64,000 nucleotides of DNA, from NCBI GenBank assembly GCA_963790305.1, contig CAWBOC010000005.1, positions 288,001-352,000 on the forward strand. The letters run 5' to 3'. The number at the start of each line of letters is the position of its first letter. The first letter of the stretch is position 1. The notes beneath the pieces were generated by a model. The model did not search any database. It worked only from the letters and a program-made list of their open reading frames with translations, and was not told the DNA's origin. Both the position numbers and the translations under genes were made by a program. This stretch comes from an uncultured Gemmatimonadaceae bacterium. GTDB taxonomy: Bacteria > Gemmatimonadota > Gemmatimonadetes > Gemmatimonadales > Gemmatimonadaceae. This document shows, piece after piece, positions 59,815-64,000 of the stretch.

Positions 59815-59899
59815 GGCAGGCGCTCTCTGCACCTGCCGTCGCCGCCGCGTGAACGGCGTGGCGGTACTGCCCCCCAGGCCTAGCCTGGGGGGCTCTTTT
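59815..59899 (+). ncRNA. Candidate small RNA (~85 nt, three hairpins, ends in an intrinsic terminator)
   Basis: Starts 6-7 nt after the -10. Hairpins at 59815-59837, 59838-59865 and 59869-59893 (11-bp stem), then TCTTTT. Confidence 0.5.
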
Positions 59900-59920
59900 C
59901 TTGAGGGCAATGCGGAACGC

Positions 59921-59959
59921 AAAAAACGGAATGCGGGAGGTCTCCCCCTCCGCATTCCG
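59921..59959 (-). terminator. Intrinsic terminator after the rhomboid gene
   Basis: CGGAATGCGG...CCGCATTCCG stem followed by T6 on the minus strand. Confidence 0.78.
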
Positions 59960-59982
59960 CTTTCCCGTATTCTCCTCGCTTC

Positions 59983-60894
59983 TCAGCGGTCTTTAAGCCT
60001 CTTACTCATTTCCTCCAGCAGCTTTCGCTCTTCGCTCGTCAGGCTCGACAGGCCTTTCTCGCTGATCTTGTCGAGCACGCGATCGAGCGCTTCGGCTTTC
60101 GCGTCGCGCGCATGAGCGACGGGGGTCGCCGTGGCGGGGCGGCGCGGCGCGGCGAGCGCCTTGTTGCTTCGGGCAATCACCTCGTCGATTCCCTCGCGGC
60201 GCTCGGAGTCACGAGGGCGTGAACGCGGAATCGCCCGTGGCGGCTCGTCGGGGACATCGGGGAGCGGCGACATTCGCTCGCGTAGACGTTCGAGGCTCAC
60301 ACCGGCCGAAATCCAGCGCAGGTACAGCCAGCCAAACGCGAAGCCGCCGAGGTGAGCGAAGTAGGCGACGTTCGGCGATGCGCCAATCACGCCCAGGCCC
60401 CGGGTCAAATCGAGCACCGCGAGCCCGGCCACGAGCCACTTCACCTTCACCGGCACCAGGAAGAACAGGACTTCGTCGTCCGGCCACCGCATCGCGTACG
60501 CGAGCATTACGCCGTAAACCGCGCCCGACGCGCCAATGAGCGTTCCATCGCGCGTGATCATCAAATGCATGAGCCACGCACCGAGCCCGCACCACACGTA
60601 ATACAGTCCGAAGCTCCGCGGATTCCACGCCTGTTCGACGCGTCGTCCGAAGAGCCACAGCGAGTACATGTTGAAGAAAATGTGCAGGAAATCGCCGTGG
60701 ACGAACATGTACGTCAACACGGTCCACGGCTGCTCGGTGAGATCGCGCACGTGGAACCCGAGCCCGGCCTGGATGTCGGCGCGATCGATCATCGTCATCT
60801 GGAGGAAATAGACGACGACATTCATCGCGATGAGCCACCGCACCGCGGGGGTCATCCGCGGTGGCTCGAGATCATCCGTGACGGTAAACGACAT
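59983..60894 (-). CDS. Rhomboid intramembrane serine protease with C-terminal soluble tail
   Basis: TYMFVH..HIFFNM, GASG, AHLGG and C-terminal LDRVLDKISEKGLSSLT..ERK.L. Confidence 0.93.
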   Translation of the reverse strand: MSFTVTDDLEPPRMTPAVRWLIAMNVVVYFLQMTMIDRADIQAGLGFHVRDLTEQPWTVLTYMFVHGDFLHIFFNMYSLWLFGRRVEQAWNPRSFGLYYVWCGLGAWLMHLMITRDGTLIGASGAVYGVMLAYAMRWPDDEVLFFLVPVKVKWLVAGLAVLDLTRGLGVIGASPNVAYFAHLGGFAFGWLYLRWISAGVSLERLRERMSPLPDVPDEPPRAIPRSRPRDSERREGIDEVIARSNKALAAPRRPATATPVAHARDAKAEALDRVLDKISEKGLSSLTSEERKLLEEMSKRLKDR

Positions 60895-60967
60895 GCGGCT
60901 GCTCCTGCGCTGCCCGTGCCACTAATAACCGCGCGTTCGGCCGCGAGTTCCGCGGGGCCCTTGCCGG

Positions 60968-61633
60968 TCAGCGAACGCCGATCGGCGAGGGGACGGGGAG
61001 CGTGAGGCGAACGTCCGGATGCACCGACGCCGCCTGCTCGAGAAGCGAAGCGTAACGCCGGTCGAGACCCCGCTTTTCCTCGCCGGGGAGGGGATGCACA
61101 ACAATCTTCGTGCCCGTACTTACCGCTCGGGCTTGCTCAATCAGTCGCAGCACCAGGGGATCCGCAACGCCTTCGCGCAAGGGCAGGACGAGGGCGTGTT
61201 CCAGCTTTGCTTGTGCGGCCGCGGCCAGCATCTCGAGCGCGCGGTCACTGGATGCTGACGGCGCACCGAAGTCGATCGTCACTTGAACCATCGTCAGCGC
61301 GAACGCCAGCTCTGGCACGGCCTCCGGACGCGCGACATCCGCGTCGAGCATGACCGGCAGCGGAGGTGCCTTCTGCTGAAAGGTGGCAAGGAGAAAGTTC
61401 ACCCCCACCAGGGGGTCGCGACCCGCCAGGGAAATGGAGTGCGGACGCGATCGCTCGAGGGCGCGCTCCATGTGCCGGATCATCGTGTCCGGCGTGTACA
61501 TCGTCGCCGTCTCGGCTTCGCCGGCGAACCGAACGAAAAGCTGTCGATATCCCGCCCACACCCCGTACGCCTGAACGCCCGATGCGATGCCGCTGAGGGC
61601 GGCGGTAGCGGGGTTCCGGCGTGTCGCCGTCAC
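60968..61633 (-). CDS. QueE-like protein lacking the radical SAM cysteine motif
   Basis: GVQAYGVWAGYRQLFVRFAG and HSISLAGRDPL resemble QueE motifs; the protein contains no Cys; GTGA overlap with ddl. Confidence 0.62.
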   Translation of the reverse strand: MTATRRNPATAALSGIASGVQAYGVWAGYRQLFVRFAGEAETATMYTPDTMIRHMERALERSRPHSISLAGRDPLVGVNFLLATFQQKAPPLPVMLDADVARPEAVPELAFALTMVQVTIDFGAPSASSDRALEMLAAAAQAKLEHALVLPLREGVADPLVLRLIEQARAVSTGTKIVVHPLPGEEKRGLDRRYASLLEQAASVHPDVRLTLPVPSPIGVR

Positions 61634-62646
61634 TTCTTCGGCCTCGTCTCGAGTGCCAGGCGTACGATGCGCTCACACAGCAGCGGGAAGGGAATGCCGT
61701 GCGCCGCCGCCGCTTGTGGGATGAGTGACGTCTCGGTCATTCCCGGAAGCGTATTCGCCTCGAGGCAGAAGAACTTTCCCTGAGGCGTCATGCGAAAGTC
61801 AATGCGCGCATACCCGCCCAGCTTGAGCGCACGAAATGCGAGCAGCGCCTGCTGCTGCACATCCATGGTCTCACCCGGCGACAGCTTGGCGGGGAATTCT
61901 TCCTCCGCCATTCCCTTCGTGTACTTGCACTCGTAATCGTAGATCTCGTGCTTCGGGATGATCTCTCCAACTGGCAGCGCCTGGTCTCCGAGAATCCCCA
62001 CCGTGAGCTCGCGCCCGGGAACGAACGCCTCGATCATCACTTCGTCGTCGTACTTGAGCGCTTCGTTGATCGCTGGCTTGAGCTGTGTGGATTCCTTCAC
62101 CAGCGTGAGCCCCACTGTCGATCCCTGCTTCGAGGGCTTCACGATCACCGGGAACCCCAGCGCTGACTCCACTTCAGGCGCCGTCGCAGGGGCCATCAGC
62201 CAATCGGCCGTGCCCACACCGGCGGCGCGAAAGAGATGCTTCGACAGATCCTTATCCATCGCGAGCGCGCTCGCGAGGTGCCCACTTCCTGTGTACACCA
62301 CACCGACCATGTCGAGTAAGGCCTGCACCGTGCCGTCCTCTCCCTGACCACCGTGCAGCGCAAGGAAGACGACGTCGGCCTCTCGTATTGCCGATATCGT
62401 GCCCAGCGATGGAGACAGTGAGGTGCGCGTCATTTGGGCGAGTGCATCCAGCGAAGGCGGGGCGGCCTTCACCACTCCGCCCGCGAGCAGCTCCTGCTCC
62501 TCTGCTTCATCGATCGCGCCGCGCGCCGTATCGAACGACGTAACCTCGTGCCCTTTCGAGCGCAGTGCCTGCGCAATCCGCAGCCCGGAGGCCAGCGAAA
62601 CATCGCGCTCGGCCGACGTGCCGCCCATCAATACCGTGATTTTCAT
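61630..62646 (-). CDS. ddl: D-alanine--D-alanine ligase
   Basis: MGGTSAERDVSLASG, LHGGQGEDG, VKPSKQGST, YDYECKY and EANTLPGMT. Confidence 0.95.
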   Translation of the reverse strand: MKITVLMGGTSAERDVSLASGLRIAQALRSKGHEVTSFDTARGAIDEAEEQELLAGGVVKAAPPSLDALAQMTRTSLSPSLGTISAIREADVVFLALHGGQGEDGTVQALLDMVGVVYTGSGHLASALAMDKDLSKHLFRAAGVGTADWLMAPATAPEVESALGFPVIVKPSKQGSTVGLTLVKESTQLKPAINEALKYDDEVMIEAFVPGRELTVGILGDQALPVGEIIPKHEIYDYECKYTKGMAEEEFPAKLSPGETMDVQQQALLAFRALKLGGYARIDFRMTPQGKFFCLEANTLPGMTETSLIPQAAAAHGIPFPLLCERIVRLALETRPKK

Positions 62647-62712
62647 GGTTACAGAAGAATGTTCGGAGCGCCGCAGGCGGGCAAGCAACACCGCCGCATG
62701 CGCACGCGTGGA

Positions 62713-63330
62713 TCAGTCGGCGAGTGCGCTCGAGGTGCTGCGTTGCATTCGCCAGCACGCGCGTGCGGGCGATGTCATGCGACGCGAGAGACCTTCGTCG
62801 TCACCGTCGACCGTTCGCACGAGGCGAACGAGATCGCCGCCCGGCGAGGCAGGCCAGTCGTTCGCATCCATCGTGCCCGAGGCACGCACCATCACGTGCG
62901 CGACATCGCCATCGTCGGAGAAACCAATGTCACCGAGCTCGAGAACGAGCAGTCCTTCACTCGGCTCGGCACCGAGCGATGCGTACATCTTTGGACCGCG
63001 AGGACGAGCGATTCGGGCGAGAATGCCGCGCCGGCCGAGCTCCTGCCGGATAGCGTCCGCGGGCGGTGCATTTCTGGTTTGGGGAAGTCGCACTTCAGCG
63101 GATGGTTTCCCCCCGTCGGCGCGCGGATGGCACTGTCCCGTCGCGTCGAGGACGCAGACTCTCTCCGCCACGACGCGGGTGTAGATCGCGATCGTGCGAG
63201 CCAGTGCTCCGTGTTCAGCCCGCTCGCACCCCACGTCACGCGAGGCGAGCCGTCGCGCCTGTCCGGCGGACAGGTTCGTGGCGCAGCCAGCCAGGGCGAG
63301 GAGCGAGAGATATCGAAGGAAATGGCGCAT
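62713..63330 (-). CDS. Hypothetical lipoprotein
   Basis: MRHFLRYLSLLALAG-C lipobox; co-oriented with ddl. Confidence 0.6.
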   Translation of the reverse strand: MRHFLRYLSLLALAGCATNLSAGQARRLASRDVGCERAEHGALARTIAIYTRVVAERVCVLDATGQCHPRADGGKPSAEVRLPQTRNAPPADAIRQELGRRGILARIARPRGPKMYASLGAEPSEGLLVLELGDIGFSDDGDVAHVMVRASGTMDANDWPASPGGDLVRLVRTVDGDDEGLSRRMTSPARACWRMQRSTSSALAD

Positions 63331-63458
63331 CTAGTCTCGAGGCGGGCGGGTGCCCTCTGGGCAGGGCTTGCGGCAAGCAACACGGCTCGTCTTGGGGGGA
63401 TGACGAAGCCCGCACTGGGGGCGTAACGGTCGCGGCTGCCTGAGGCGGCGTGTACATT

Positions 63459-63908
63459 ATGCCGATGCCCCTCTCGCCGATCTCCTTACTACTCACGGCC
63501 TTGGCCCTTGCTGCCTGCATGGACCAGGCGACAACGCAGAAGGCACTCGAATCACTCGGCGCCTCCGGCCCGCGCCCCGACGTCATGCCCGCGATGCTCA
63601 ATGAGACGCTTCCCTTTCGGTACCCACCGGCGCTCTTTGCACAGAAGGTCCAGGGAAACGTCACGCTGCGGATCTTCATCGACAGTACCGGCGCCGTGCT
63701 CTCCGACTCCACCTCGGTCGAGGAGTCGTCCGGATATCCGGGCCTCGATTCCGCGGCGGTGAAGGGAGCCGAAACGCTGCGCTATCAGCCGGCGATGCTC
63801 GGTGGGAATCCAATCGGGGTGTCGATTCTGCTGCCGGTGTACTTTCGCCATCCCGAGATGCCGCCGCTTCCTGGCGACACCCTCCTCAATCGCACGCGTC
63901 AGCGTTGA
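63459..63908 (+). CDS. TonB C-terminal domain protein with a lipoprotein-like signal
   Basis: YP......VQGNVTLRIFID..G......VEESSGYPGLD.AA...RYQPA; N-terminal LAAC; start uncertain (63450/63459/63465). Confidence 0.8.
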   Translation: MPMPLSPISLLLTALALAACMDQATTQKALESLGASGPRPDVMPAMLNETLPFRYPPALFAQKVQGNVTLRIFIDSTGAVLSDSTSVEESSGYPGLDSAAVKGAETLRYQPAMLGGNPIGVSILLPVYFRHPEMPPLPGDTLLNRTRQR

Positions 63909-64000
63909 ATGACCATCCACACCGAATTGCTGGCGAGCCTCGAGCGTAACCGACGTCCCTACGACGACGTCCTCGCGACCATCGGATGGACGCCGCTCAT
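63909..64000 (+). CDS. PLP-dependent cysteine synthase/cystathionine beta-synthase family (5' fragment)
   Basis: MTIHTELLASLERNRRPYDDVLATIGWTPL... matches the IGxTPL N-terminal motif; truncated by the window end. Confidence 0.6.
   Translation, partial: MTIHTELLASLERNRRPYDDVLATIGWTPL

Noticed and set aside
59743..59883. 46-aa plus-strand ORF (MDTNRTSS...) as the explanation for the plus-strand terminator
   Set aside because: No RBS, it starts upstream of the strong promoter, and its stop lies inside the terminator hairpin; an sRNA fits better.

Overview
This is a high-GC bacterial chromosomal window from a diderm organism, most like Gemmatimonadota (inferred from the Oar-type TonB-dependent receptor, porins, PadR/ADOP permease pair and TolB/TPR Ser/Thr kinase). 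It has about 53 genes, one tRNA-Phe, and no integrase, transposase or CRISPR array. The left ~27 kb is a redox/stress cluster. It holds a selenocysteine-recoded Tat-exported formate dehydrogenase operon (fdnG[UGA+SECIS], Fe-S beta subunit, NrfD-type anchor, an unannotated small lipoprotein, fdhE), a tandem USP, a group-2 Mrp antiporter, a CopB-type ATPase, a DUF4142-Rieske/FAD reductase-folE-diheme cytochrome c unit, and a two-component system. The best candidate for an undescribed system is that two-component pair: a DosS/DevS-like heme-GAF sensor on a HisKA kinase with an OmpR-type regulator. It is flanked on both sides by the same CTTCN-N6-CTTCA-N6-CTTCA-N12-TAnnnT promoter motif, pointing outward into the neighbouring operons. 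Other notable items are a candidate ~85-nt sRNA with its own sigma70 promoter and terminator (59.8 kb), a riboswitch/attenuator-like leader before a DksA/TraR gene, a cysteine-free QueE-like pseudo-radical-SAM protein, an ArsR gene bracketed by two operator-like palindromes, and two ESFPASDPP microproteins. Six genes carry single-base insertions that are probably sequencing errors. All calls are by eye; no database searches were run.
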